From Tubiluchus corallicola (taxonomy: Eukaryota > Animalia > Priapulida): a DNA stretch of 64,000 nt. The stretch is taken from positions 1 through 64,000 of the forward strand of contig JAQGDQ010000200.1 of the NCBI GenBank assembly GCA_030141605.1. The letters run 5' to 3'. The stretch's first letter is position 1. Each line of letters begins with the position of its first letter. The notes beneath the pieces were generated by a model that saw nothing but the letters and a program-made list of their open reading frames with translations, was not told the DNA's origin and ran no database searches. Both the position numbers and the translations under genes were made by a program. This document shows positions 40,105-52,281 of this stretch, one piece after another.

Positions 40105-40314
40105 TACGTACATAAATACATACATAAATACATACGTACATACGTACATACATACATACAAACGTACGTACGTACATACATACATACATACATACATACA
40201 TACATACATACATACATACATACATACATACATACATACATACATACATACATACATACATACATACATACATACATACATACATACATACATACATACA
40301 TACATACATACATA
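40105..40314. repeat. (TACA)n microsatellite; also (CA)n at 37766-37841 and (CAA/CAG)n at 42950-43220
   Basis: Direct inspection. Confidence 0.97.
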
Positions 40315-40942
40315 GTTATATATATATATGTATGTATGTATATGTATAATTACAACACAAACGCAATTTCACGTTCGCGCCACTAGTTCTTTGCTGTTTC
40401 ATGCATTTCGCCATTTGTTAGTTAGACGGACACTACCGCCTGCATTTCAGAAACGCGTTACACAAAACTGGTGTTGTACCTTTCAGTTCAGATGTGTTCA
40501 CTCCCGATGTTTGTCTTTTATAATAAGCTATCCATCCGGTGGCATTCTCTTCGAATTGTTGCGGAACTACATAAAGTCTACTGAACGTTTTGCTAATTGA
40601 TTGTACGTGTAATTATATATTGAATTGTAACCTGAATTATTTTGAATTTTGTTGTTTTGAATTAAAAACCAGCTATTAAGCAATCATACTTTTGTATAAC
40701 TAATAGGATAATGTACATTGATAATTGTTTCTGGTCTGTACTCTGTGCGCTTTGCATATTTCAATTTTAAGTATTAACTAATGAATTACTTGTGTTTTTG
40801 AACTAATTATCAATGTAACTATATTCTTGATAACCAGTTATTAAGCAATCATACTTTTATACAACTAATAGGATGCTGTACATTATCATTGTTTCTGGTA
40901 TATATAATATATATAATCCAATTTGCACTGACTTTGTTACAG

Positions 40943-41055
40943 GTCCTGGTCTAGCTTTTGTTGCATATCCGGAAGCTGTTGCTAGGTTACCTGTTGCTCA
41001 ACTTTGGTCAATCATATTTTTCTTTATGCTGTACACCCTTGGATTAGACAGTGAA
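40943..41055 (+). CDS. SLC6 exon (EL4-TM8)
   Basis: [38 protein letters not shown]; acceptor gttacag, donor GAA|gtaatt. Confidence 0.95.
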
Positions 41056-41582
41056 GTAATTATTATTATTTTCACTATTATTATTATTATTATTATTATG
41101 ACTCTTTATTTTGTATATACATCCCATCTTTAACAATTTACAGTATAGCTATGCTATCATTGCATTATCATTACCTTCTTAACTGACATTTCCTGAATTT
41201 CGGTACCGCATTGCACCAAAAGAGGTGCTGTACCTCTCAGTCCTGAAGTTAGTTTCCGACATACTGGGCACGTTCGACTTCTCATGCGTGAGCACAGCGG
41301 TAACTTTGAAATTTGAATTTTTATCTTAAAACTTGCCTTAGTTTAGTACAAACATTGAATATCTTACACTAGCACTGTACTTCAATTTTCTCTTTCGCAA
41401 ACACGTGCAACACGCTCGTGGAATATTTTTACTGTTGAAAATTATGTTAGTTTGTGATGTATTCAATAGTTGAGCTCGCTTAAGTTAATACTCTAATATA
41501 AATTGGCACTATGCCTAGTGAAAGATATTAAGTTGACCACATAAATACCACAAATTTTAATCTCATTTATTTTCTATTTTAG

Positions 41583-41711
41583 TTTGCGTTGTTGGAATGC
41601 GTGATGAGTTCCCTGACAGATCAGTTCAAAGGTTTAAGGAAGCACAAGTTTACATTTACTCTTTTCTTCTGCATAGGTTGTTTTCTCATAGCTTTACCTA
41701 GTACCACATAC
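41583..41711 (+). CDS. SLC6 exon (TM9)
   Basis: FALLECVMSSLTDQFKGLRKHKFTFTLFFCIGCFLIALPSTTY; donor TAC|gtgagt. Confidence 0.93.
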
Positions 41712-41794
41712 GTGAGTATGAGTTATGTAACTCTGTCTTTGTCTGAGGTACTTATTTATATTCAGTCACTGGCTCTGTAAATGCGTGACCTTTA

Positions 41795-42330
41795 TTTTTA
41801 CATAAGCATATTTTTTGCATAACCCTATTTTTGTATAAGCATATTTTTATATAAGGATATTTTTGCATAAGCATATTTTTACATCACCATATTTTTACAT
41901 AAGCATATTTCTGCTTAAGCATATTTTTGCATAAGCATACTTTTACATAAGCATATTTTTACATAAGCATACATTTACATAAGCATATTTTTCCATAAGC
42001 ACATAAGCATATTTTTACATAAGCACATTTTTACATAAGCATATTTTTGCATAAGCATAGTTTTACATAAGTATATTTTTACATAAGCATATTTTCACAT
42101 AAGCATACTTTTACATAAGCATATTTTTACATAAGGATATTTTTCCATAAGCACATAAGCATACTTTTACATAAACATATTTTTCCATAAGCATAGTTTT
42201 ACATAAACATATTTTTCCATAAGCATAGTTTTACGTAAGCATATTTTTACATAAGCATACTTTTACATAAGCATATTTTTACATAAGGATATTTTTCCAT
42301 AAGCATATTTTTACAAAAGCATATTTTTAC
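41795..42330 (+). repeat. 16-bp minisatellite, about 33 copies
   Basis: Unit CATAAGCATATTTTTA. Confidence 0.95.
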
Positions 42331-43280
42331 CTGCATATACCAGTGTAGGTTACAAATGTCATACTGATATTAAAATGATATAAATGTGTTATTTGTTGCC
42401 TGTTTTTGGCTCTATAGCTATAATGTAAAAGCTATATTTTGTACTTTTGTATTGTGTTGTTGTTTTGCTGTATGTGTGTCATTGTAGTATAATGTCTATG
42501 CCAGTAATAAATTCGATTCTATTAACTTTCGAAAATCACTTTTACTGTTGCCACACAATATAGCTGTATTCTGTTTTCTGCTCCATTGAAACAAACTGCC
42601 TTTCGGAAATCTTAGTTTCAATAGAAATAAAACAGCTACAACAGCCACTAGGAATTTCATCATTCTATTAAAGATGAGCATCAGTTAGTCTGTAGGTTTT
42701 TGCATAAATTACTTACATCTGCTGCCATTTGCCTATTTAGGAGGACATATTGTTGCTGACGATGGCAAAAGCAAGTACAAAGTCGCTGATACTAATCTTG
42801 AATAAAATGATGACATTCTCAGCTACTTTTGTAGCTGTCTTATTTCTATTGAAACTAAGATTTTCGAATGACCCATTGTCCCATTGAAGTCAAAATTAGA
42901 AATATGCTCACACGCCTGCAAATGGCGTGGGTGTAAAACGTGTGTGGAGGACAGCAGTAATGGTAGCAACAACAGCTGCAGCAGCAACACCAACAGAACT
43001 GATAATGTCAATGGCTACATTAATAGTAGCAGCGACAGCTGCAGCAGCAACATCAACAGCAGTGACAGTGGCGACGGCTACAGCAACAACGGCAACAACA
43101 ACAAAAAGAACAACAGCAACAGCAGCAGCAAGCAACAGCAACAACAACAACAACACCAACACCTCCTCCACCACCACCAGCAGCAGCAACAGCAACAACA
43201 ACAAAAACAACAACAACATATTCTTAAACGTATACACGTAAACGTAACATAAGTTATTGTGATTTCATGAAATATTTTAG

Positions 43281-43481
43281 GGTGGACTCTATGTTTGGGC
43301 TCTCATGGACAAGTATGGAGGCGACTTTGCAGTTTTACTCATAGCATTCTTTGAGATAGTGGCACTCATGTGGATATACGGATTTAATCAATTTTGTCGA
43401 GATATCGTCTCCATGTTGGGTTTCCGTCCAGGAATCTACTGGCTCATTACATGGATTGTGGTGTCACCTGTATTAATTTTG
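43281..43481 (+). CDS. SLC6 exon (TM10-TM11)
   Basis: GGLYVWALMDKYGGDFAVLLIAFFEIVALMWIYG...YWLITWIVVSPVLIL; donor TTG|gtaagg. Confidence 0.94.
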
Positions 43482-44910
43482 GTAAGGTATCTTTGGCTGC
43501 AAAGCTTTAATTTGGTAATGTATCTTTGGCCGAAATGCTTTAATTTGATAATGTATCTTTGGCCGCAATTCTTTAATTTGGTAATGTATCTTTGGCCGCA
43601 ATGCTTTAATTTGGTAATGTATCTTTGGCCACAATGCTTTAATTTGGTAATGTATCTTTGGCCGCATTGCTTTAATTTGATAATGTATCTTTGGCCGCAA
43701 TGCTTTAATTTGGTAATGTATCTTTGGCCACAATGCTTTAATTTGGTAATGTATCTTTGGCTGCAATGCTTTAATTTGATAATGTATCTTTGGCTGCAAT
43801 GCTTTAATTTGGTAATGTATCTTTGGCTACAATGCTTTAATTTGGTATTGTATCCTTTGGCTGCAATGCTTAATTTGGTAATATATCTTTGACTGCAATG
43901 CTTTAATTTGGTATTGTATCCTTTGGCAGCAATGCTTTAATTTGATAATGTATCTTTGGCTGCAATGGTTAAACTTGGTAATGTATCTTTGGCCGCATTG
44001 CTTTAATTTGATAATGTATCTTTGGCCGCAATGCTTTAATTTGATAATGTATCTTTGGCTGCAATGCTTTAATTTGGTAATGTATCTTTGGCTGCAATGC
44101 TTTAATTTGATAATGTATCTTTGGCCGCAATGCTTTAATTTGGTAATGTATCTTTGGCCGCAATGCTTTAATTTGGTAATGTATCTTTGGCCGCAATGCT
44201 TTAATTTGATAATGTATCTTTGGCTGCAATGCTTTAATTTGATAATGTATCTTTGGCTGCAATGCTTTAATTTGGTAATGTATCTTTGGCTGCAATGCTT
44301 TAATTTGGTAATGCATCTTTGGCTGCAATGCTTTAATTTGATAATGTATCTTTGGCCGCATTGCTTTAATTTGGTAATGTATCTTTGGCCGCAATGCTTT
44401 AATTTGATAATGTATCTTTGGCCGCAATGCTTTAATTTGGTAATGTATCTTTGGCTGCAATGCTTTAATTTGGTAATGTATCTTTGGCTGCAATGCTTTA
44501 ATTTGGTAATGTATCTTTGGCTGCAATGCTTTAATTTGGTAATGTATCTTTGGCCGCAATGCTTTAATTTGATAATGTATCTTTGGCTGCAATGCTTTAA
44601 TTTGGTAATGTATCTTTGGCTGCAATGCCTTAATTTGGTATTGTATCCTTTGGCTGCAATGCTTAATTTGGTAATATATCTTTAGCTGCAATGTTTAATT
44701 TGGTAATGTATGTTTGGCTGCAATGCTTTAATTTGATAATGTATCTTTGGTCGCAATGCTTTAATTTGGTAATGTATCTTTGGCCGCAATGCTTTAATTT
44801 GGTAATGTATGTTTGGCTGCAATGTTTAATTTGGTAATGTATCTTTGGCCACAATGCTTTAATTTGGTAGTGTATCTTTGGCTGCAATGCTTTAAGTTGG
44901 TAGTGTATCA
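43473..44910 (+). repeat. 33-bp minisatellite, about 43 copies, starting at an SLC6 splice donor
   Basis: Unit TTGGTAATGTATCTTTGGCYGCAATGCTTTAAT. Confidence 0.97.
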
Positions 44911-44944
44911 ATGTGAAAATATTGCAACTTGAAGAGAGAAACGA

Positions 44945-45472
44945 AATTAGGATGATTTTTCAAATACTATTCCATTTTCAAGTCCGATAAAAAGTGTGCA
45001 TTTTAACACGATTAATACTGTAAAAGTGTTTCTGATAATTAAATATTATTATTAACTTAAGCGAGCTCAGCTATTGATGACATCACAAACAAATATAATT
45101 TTCAACAGCAAAAATATTCTGTGAGCATGTTGCACGTGTTTGTGAAAGCGAAATTTGATGTACGGTGCTACTGTAAGAGATTCCGTGTGTTGTACTAGAA
45201 CTAGGCAAGCTTTAAGATAAAAATTCGAATTTCAAATTTACCGCTGTGCTCACACATCGTCACAAACTAACACCGAGAGGTTCAGCGCCTGTTTTTTGTG
45301 CGATGCGTTTCCGAAATGCAGGCGCTAGTGCCCGTCTAACGAAATTGTGTTTATTTGGTAATAATTCTTTGACGTAAGTAATTTTTGAAAAAAATAGTAT
45401 GTTTTCTTTCAATATTTTAAAGAATAGATTGTTTTGACCTACAGTTTAAGACTGGGTCTGGTTTTGCTTTAA
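44945..45472 (+). mobile_element. Family A copy in SLC6 intron
   Basis: Colinear with 3931-4546, has internal deletions, ends GGTTTTGCT-TTAA. Confidence 0.8.
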
Positions 45473-45756
45473 TTTTGTCTCCTCTTTACTAACATTAATT
45501 TTGAGTTAGATTTGTTTATGAAAAAGCAATAATACTACAAACAGATCACAACAGATGTCACTACACGTACTGACTTTTTTCTGCTAGAAATATAAATAAA
45601 ATGAAAATATTTCTTCTAATATTGTAGTGAACTTATATTCACGTGTTGTGATAAATGTTTGCTTGCTTTTGTTTAAATCAAATGCAAAATTTCTGTAAAA
45701 TTCGGTTTGTTTTATTCATTTACTCGTGTTTATGAAAAGGTTTTTTTTTATTTCAG

Positions 45757-45927
45757 GTCGTGTTTATTTTAGCCATGATTTACTACAAGCCACTGATTAG
45801 CGATTCTGAAGTGTACTATCCACCCTGGGCTGATGGCGTTGGTTGGCTTTTGGCGGCCTTGTCTTTGGTCCAAATTCCTTTATGGGCAATCATTATGACC
45901 CTAGTGCAAAAAGGCAATCTTACACAG
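45757..45927 (+). CDS. SLC6 exon (TM12)
   Basis: VVFILAMIYYKPL...YYPPWADGVGWLLAALSLVQIPLWAII...NLTQ; acceptor tttcag, donor CAG|gtaaat. Confidence 0.94.
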
Positions 45928-46171
45928 GTAAATTCACTATTAACGCTCCACTTATTTAAAAAGCTTCGCCCACAGTATGTATTCTACACTCTGATAAACT
46001 GTTGACATGCCGAGAGTCTCATGATAAATTCTAGTTCATTTGTTTATTGAACGTGAACAATATATCACATATACAAAAACACACTTCTACCGTAAACAAT
46101 TCACAACCATTAGTAACCAATTTGTGATGGGGAAAACGTATTCTTAAAATAAAAATGACAACTAGCACCCT

Positions 46172-46357
46172 CTTAAGAAAAGACATGGCTCCTATTCAGA
46201 TACAATATCTGCAACGTTTCGACATGGTTACATGTCACACTCACGGAACAATCACTTTGTTATTTTTGCTGAGGTGATTGTTGCATTAACGTGACATGTA
46301 ACCATGTCGAAACATTGCAGATGTTGTATACGAATAGAAACCATGTCTTTTCTTAAG
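46172..46357. repeat. About 185-bp foldback with degenerate hammerhead-like cores
   Basis: Arms 46172-46258 and 46272-46357; each carries GACATG-TAAC-CATGTC-GAAAC(G/A)TT. Confidence 0.7.
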
Positions 46358-46700
46358 GGAAGACAGGACGATTGTTTAGACTCAATCTCATTTTATTTTG
46401 CTGTCTAAAATATAAATTTTCTTGCCTATAAAAATTAGCAATTGTTCCTTATATTTGAATAATTTTAGCTTAGAATGTTAATTAATGGTAACCGAACACA
46501 GCTATTGCTTACATCAAAAACTAACCACAGTTTGTGCAATGGTAAGCATCTTCCCTTGCGCATCAAGCATATTCGTGCAAGTGTTACTGATTAAACGGGT
46601 GATGTCACGAAAATGGGCTCTACATCATATGACGTCAGAAACTAACGCTGCAGTTCATGATCATGGTTATCACGGTACCACCCACATGCATGACTCAAGT
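46353..46700 (+). mobile_element. TTAA-flanked family D fragment
   Basis: TTAA-GGGAAGACAGGACGATTG start; inverted relatives at about 26880-27355 and 22530-22622, and a related end at 11500-11688. Confidence 0.7.
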
Positions 46701-46998
46701 ATCAGTGTAGTTGATTAAAGATAGTTTGTGTTAAATTTGAAAAAAAGTTAATTTAATGCAATCAGTAAGATAATACAAAGATGTTAGAAACCCATAATTC
46801 ATTAAATTTCGACATCAAACTTAAAAGACAGGAAATGTGAAAAAGCTGAAATACAACCTAGAATTGAACCAGGAACCTTCTCCTTACAGCGCATTTACAC
46901 ATTGTCTGTAACTTATACAAAAAGTAAAACAGCATTTATCAGCATAACTATATGTTCACAAACAACATATCCTCAGTAATGCTTTGTCTCTGTTACAG

Positions 46999-47184
46999 AA
47001 ATTAATCAGCGCAGTTACCAAAAAGGAAGAGTACGACCACAGACTGAGAAAATACGGTCCAAGGTTGTCTCAGGCTCATCCTATGACAGCCATGTCCTCT
47101 CATCCTGCTACACAAGCGCAACCTATAGTTATTGTACAGAACCCAGAGAAGGGAGCCTATGATAATCCTGCAATGAAATATTAG
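46999..47184 (+). CDS. SLC6 terminal exon (cytoplasmic C-terminal tail)
   Basis: Acceptor tctgttacag; KLISAVTKKEEYDHRLRKYGP...GAYDNPAMKY then TAG; phase 0. Confidence 0.88.
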   Translation, partial: KLISAVTKKEEYDHRLRKYGPRLSQAHPMTAMSSHPATQAQPIVIVQNPEKGAYDNPAMKY

Positions 47185-47320
47185 TAAATTGTACTTAATA
47201 GCTAAGTGGACAAGATATAGGTGTCTAATGTAGGTTTTTTTCGTTATATTTTTCCCGTTTCTAACTGTATGTTTTCACAGTGCGAGGAATGTTAGTTTTA
47301 AAATTGCAAGTGAAACTTTT

Positions 47321-47678
47321 GCCCGTCGCACACGAGGCAAAATAATGTGTATGCAACAACTTGTCTGACGCAAACTTTTGCTCGTGTGCATAAACGCTAT
47401 TTTACAACATTGCTGAACAAAATTTTTTAATTTGCTTAACTTTCTGGCTCAGATAAACTCATCCTGTTTTTGTGCGCGAGCCACAATTCGAATCCGGCAA
47501 GACAAAATCAGACCAATAAAAAGCATTTATTTTGTCACGTGTCGTCTTGTAAATGTTTACTATGGATATGCCAACAAAAATGGCTTCATGTGAAAGTTGC
47601 CGTGTGCGCGCAGATTTTGCGTGAGATGGGTTTCGTTACACAGTAGCAGCGTAGAGATTTTTGTCTTGTGCGACTAGT
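47321..47678. mobile_element. MITE in the SLC6 3' region
   Basis: TIRs GTCGCACACGAGGCAAAA / TTTTGTCTTGTGCGAC. Confidence 0.6.
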
Positions 47679-47994
47679 ATTATTGTAAATTAACAAGTTG
47701 TAAATTCTTGTACGTTTTGTGTTCTCGGTATAGCAGTAGGCAGTAAATGTGGTATATCGCTGTTATTGACAGACGGACTTGTTTATACAATTTCAAATTT
47801 GTTTTGTATATATGTGAAAACATTTTTGAACATCGTTTCAGACATAACCATTTATAGGTGTCATTGATCAAGTCACGAAGGGATTATTGTGCCACAAATT
47901 ATAAAGTTCTGAATATATTACTGCAGCAGAATTAAATTCTTCGTTATTCTTAAGAAACGGCCACGACTTGAGTAAACCTAAACATAGATTGTAG

Positions 47995-48554
47995 TTAAAG
48001 GAAAAGACAAGCTTTCTGTGAAATTAGGCTTATTTCAATGTTGGTGTAGAATGTTAAGAAGGTTTAGTAACAAAAGTGCGGCAGACGGCTGGTGTAGTTA
48101 GTACAAGTGGCGATCATTTTACTCTTGGGCGGTTCCATTTTGAATACCCGCTCTTCCACCAATGACGTCATTCATTGGCTGAAGAAAACGGTGCACTGTT
48201 AAATTCCATTAAAAGTAACACAAATTTTTCCAAAAAAAATTGATAGCTAATTTTATGACATTTATGCGTGAACATTATGCAAGCTGCAGAAGTTTGAATT
48301 GGTTTAAGCAGGGCACACTTACGGAAAGTCACGAGACGCTTACGAAAAATCACGAAGTCCACTATTTAGGTCATAATTTGAAATTGAATTACGGCTATCA
48401 TGGCTCCCCTGAAATTTTTATACGGTAGTATAAATTATCGGTATACTTTATAGATAGTTTTTGTATAAATTTCTTTGTTACATTTTTTCTGAGTTTAAGT
48501 GATAAGTTCAGTAAAATAAGTCCAACATGCTAAGTGACTTGCCTTTTCCTTTAA
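47995..48554 (-). mobile_element. Family B copy
   Basis: TTAA-AGGAAAAG...CTTTTCCT-TTAA; reverse complement of 6816-7376. Confidence 0.85.
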
Positions 48555-50335
48555 TCCACATCAGGCTCAGCTTCATAAAGACCTGTATACATGCAAGTGA
48601 GTGCTACGATACAGTAACTAAAGTTATTATTAATTTGTAAAATGTCTTCTTAATTGGTGATCGCTTGAATTGAGTATATTTTAAATACTCTCTAATTTGA
48701 ACATTGATATAGTTTCTAAACTAAAATCCCAAATCTGCTGCAAGACTGATTGCCTGTTACAGTGTGCGATATTTGTTGAATTCCAAGTGGTCCCAAATTT
48801 TGTAAAGCTTTTATTGTAAGGCCCCACATAGACGCTATTTGTACGATTTTATAATGTTTATTAACAAAATAAATAAAATGTATTAAAAATGAGATTTTAG
48901 TTAAACTATAAATGTCTCAAATAAATGCTTTTTTCTACACTATGTTTTTTCCTTATTTGCATTATGTTTGCATGAAGTTTTGTAGTTGTTTTAATAGTAT
49001 AAAAAGAAATAAATGTCGAAATTGCGTCACGAATTCACGTCATTATGTAGTTTGCCTTAAGGTAAATGTTTGTGGTGTGTTGAACTGTAAGTTTTCCAGC
49101 ACACAATCAGTTGTGTTAAAACAAAATGTTACATTATGGTTTAACAAATAACTATCCCCGATTTGCATTTACAACTGTAAAGTAATTTCAACTCATAATT
49201 TTTAAATCTAATTTCCAAGAACTCCTATAAGATAAAGTTGATTTTGTGTTGTTAAGTTTTAATCCAAGATTTAACACAATGCAAATTTATACGCTTTAAC
49301 TCATCAGGTATTTATTCAGCTTTTTGTTTGGAAAAGCTCGTTTTGATTTTAGTTCTTAGACACAGATGTGCCTAACCATACTTGACTGTTCACATGGGCG
49401 CCGCCAGGGGTTAAAAAAGTTGACGCACAAGCACCTAGGGGCTCGGGGGGGGGGGGGTGGGGTTACTCGGCCACTAACGTATTTTCCTATATTTAAGCAC
49501 AGTTTGGAGGTCTCAAATGAGATCTAAATTCTAGTACTTAGACTTTATCAAATGTGAAAAATTCTGCTTTAATAAATATATTTTACCTACATTTACCTAG
49601 GTAATATTCATTGTATTCTATTGTAGTTGTCATATATCTTAAAAGCAAGTTCGTAATGCACTGCAATGAGGATGACCCATTACTTAAGCTTAATTTATTC
49701 AGTGTCAAGATTATCTATCCAGCAAAATGTGGACAGCCAAACATAAAACTGATTTGAGACTGTTAAGTTTACAGTCCACCCCACTGTTCATACGAAATTT
49801 AATAAGTTTGCGTGCATGCTAATTTTTCCCACTGGACACAGCTAAATGCAATTTTAATGCATTTTAGACCATTTTGCGGTTGCTCGAAGTTATTTCCTCA
49901 GGCAAGTTCACTACTTTAAAACTCATTGTGTCACCTCAAACTCGTGACTCATAATTTCACTACTACCGTAAAAGGGGGCCCAGGCCCCTTGGGCCCACCC
50001 CCTACATACAGAAGTGCAGTTACAGTTAGCTAAAACTGTCTAGACAACGGAAATCGATAAGAGAATTGGCACAATAAGTGATATATATGAACAGAACTTC
50101 ACTATGCAAATCAATTGACTGCTTGGGGATTGTGCAAACAAACAAGGGGTTGGTTGGTGTTTTTCTTCGTTTACTGCTAAAAAACTTTTCTTAGCCATAA
50201 AAAAAATTCTTAAGAAATTCTGCCGGCGTCCACGACTGTTCACATATATTTGGCTGAGAAACTTCTATAATTTGGAAGAAAGGTCGCGTCTAGAGAACAA
50301 CGCGTGTGGCCCTTAAATACAAATTAAATAAAAAT

Positions 50336-51159
50336 GCACTGAATTAAACACCCCACATAACGAACATCTTACATACACTCATCATTACGAAATATGTTTG
50401 CACTGAACTGAACACCCCACATGATGTAAATCTTACATGCACTCATCATTACGAAATATGTTTGCACTGAATTGAACACCCCACATGATATAAATCTTAC
50501 ATATACTCATCATTACGAAATATGTTTGCACTGAATTGAACACCCCACATGATGTAAATCTTACATGCACTCATCATTACGAAATATGTTTGCACTGAAT
50601 TGAACACCCCACATGATGTAAATCTTACATACACTCATCATTACGAAATATGTTTGCACTGAATTGAACACCCCACATGATGTAAATCTTACATACACTC
50701 ATCATTACGAAATATGTTTGCACTGAACTGAACACCCCACATAATGAACATCTTACATACACTCATCATTACGAAATATGTTTGCACTGAATTGAACACC
50801 CCACATGATGTAAATCTTACATATACTCATCATTACGAAATATGTTTGCACTGAATTGAACACCCCACATGATGTAAATCTTACATACACTCATCATTAC
50901 GAAATATGTTTGCACTGAACTGAACACCCCACATAACGAACATCTTACATACACTCATCATTACGAAATATGTTTGCACTGAACTGAACACCCCACATAA
51001 CGAACATCTTACATACACTCATCATTACGAAATATGTTTGCACTGAACTGAACACCCCACATAACGAACATCTTACATACACTCATCATTACGAAATATG
51101 TTTGCACTGAATTGAACACCCCCATGATGTAAATCTTACATACACTCATCATTACGAAT
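50336..51159 (+). repeat. 64-bp minisatellite, about 13 copies
   Basis: Unit GCACTGAATTGAACACCCCACATGATGTAAATCTTACATACACTCATCATTACGAAATATGTTT. Confidence 0.97.
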
Positions 51160-51445
51160 ATCAGAACTGTGCCTGTTTTAATGGGTCAGATGTTTCAATG
51201 ATACCAAGTTGCTAATATCGTAAGAAAAAAGGGTTTAAACAATAGTACTTGTGATGACGCAAATACAACATACACCACAGTGGTGACATCTAAAGAGGAG
51301 CAAACTTATTAGTGATTTTGTTTTTGCTTGGATGGTTCTACTTGTCTGGCTTTCCCCTATAAGCTTGCAAAAAAGACAGGATGCTCAAATACACCGTCAA
51401 TTTGTAAATTTTGTCCAGAAATGCACGGCTCGTGGGTTGGGAATC

Positions 51446-52175
51446 TTGAAGGACAAGAAAAGGGGTACCTGAAGTAGATTTCAGAAAAATCGCCTTAAAA
51501 ATTATATTACTTTTCAGCAATTTTATGCGTATATCGTGCTCGCATTTAAAAGAATTTTTGTTTGTTTTCATTTTAAATCTCTCTCAACACTGTTCCGACC
51601 GCGCCGTTACATGACGTCATATACGCACAACGTAAATCAGGGGAAGAAAAGGAAATGTTAAACTATGTCCCCAAAAATTTTCCATGCAAATCTATATTAC
51701 TTAGCATTTCGCTTACCTACTGGAAAGACTTATGTAACTAGAAAAGAAAATTTTTAATTATTTAAAATATTTTCATTAATTGGTGAAACACCGCTGACTC
51801 ACCCTCCAGGTGCACCACTCACTAACCCAAAAAACGTATTTTTATTCTTAATAATAGGATACAGCAATTTTAAATTTTACTCAGTTAGTGACGTGTGCGG
51901 AACGAATGCTCAAATTCGTCTTGAAATTTTATACCACTTACATACTAACAATTGCATGCAGGGCCTGCGTCGGCAGTAACGCTGCATAAAACTTGTCAAA
52001 CTTTACACAATCTTATCTAAACTTGTTTCAAATGAGTTATCGTCAAAATGGCTGCGTGTAGCGGTCATCGCGGGAATTTAAATTTACAAGTTTTATGCAG
52101 CGTTACTGCCGACGCAGGCCCTGCATGCAATTGTTAGTATGTAAGTGGTATAAAATTTCAAGACGAATTTTTTAA
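51446..52175 (+). mobile_element. Family C copy, truncated, with internal inversion
   Basis: AGGACAAGAAAAGG start, colinear with 35108-35750. Confidence 0.8.
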
Positions 52176-52281
52176 GCTTAATGTTTGTGAAGGGCTTTCT
52201 TGTGTAAGTCTTTTTCGCAGTGCGGATCTAAGGACTTATGCTGCTTGCAGGCTCGGCTGAGTTGTTGATCCAACCTATTTC

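Noticed and set aside
40030-40386. MYVC and HTYI repeat ORFs
   Set aside because: (TACA)n microsatellite.
42884-43252. Poly-Gln/Asn/Ser ORF
   Set aside because: CAA/CAG low-complexity tract in an SLC6 intron with no splice support.
43942-44691. 247-aa and 240-aa repeat ORFs as independent genes
   Set aside because: By-product of the stop-free 33-bp unit; open on both strands and intronic.
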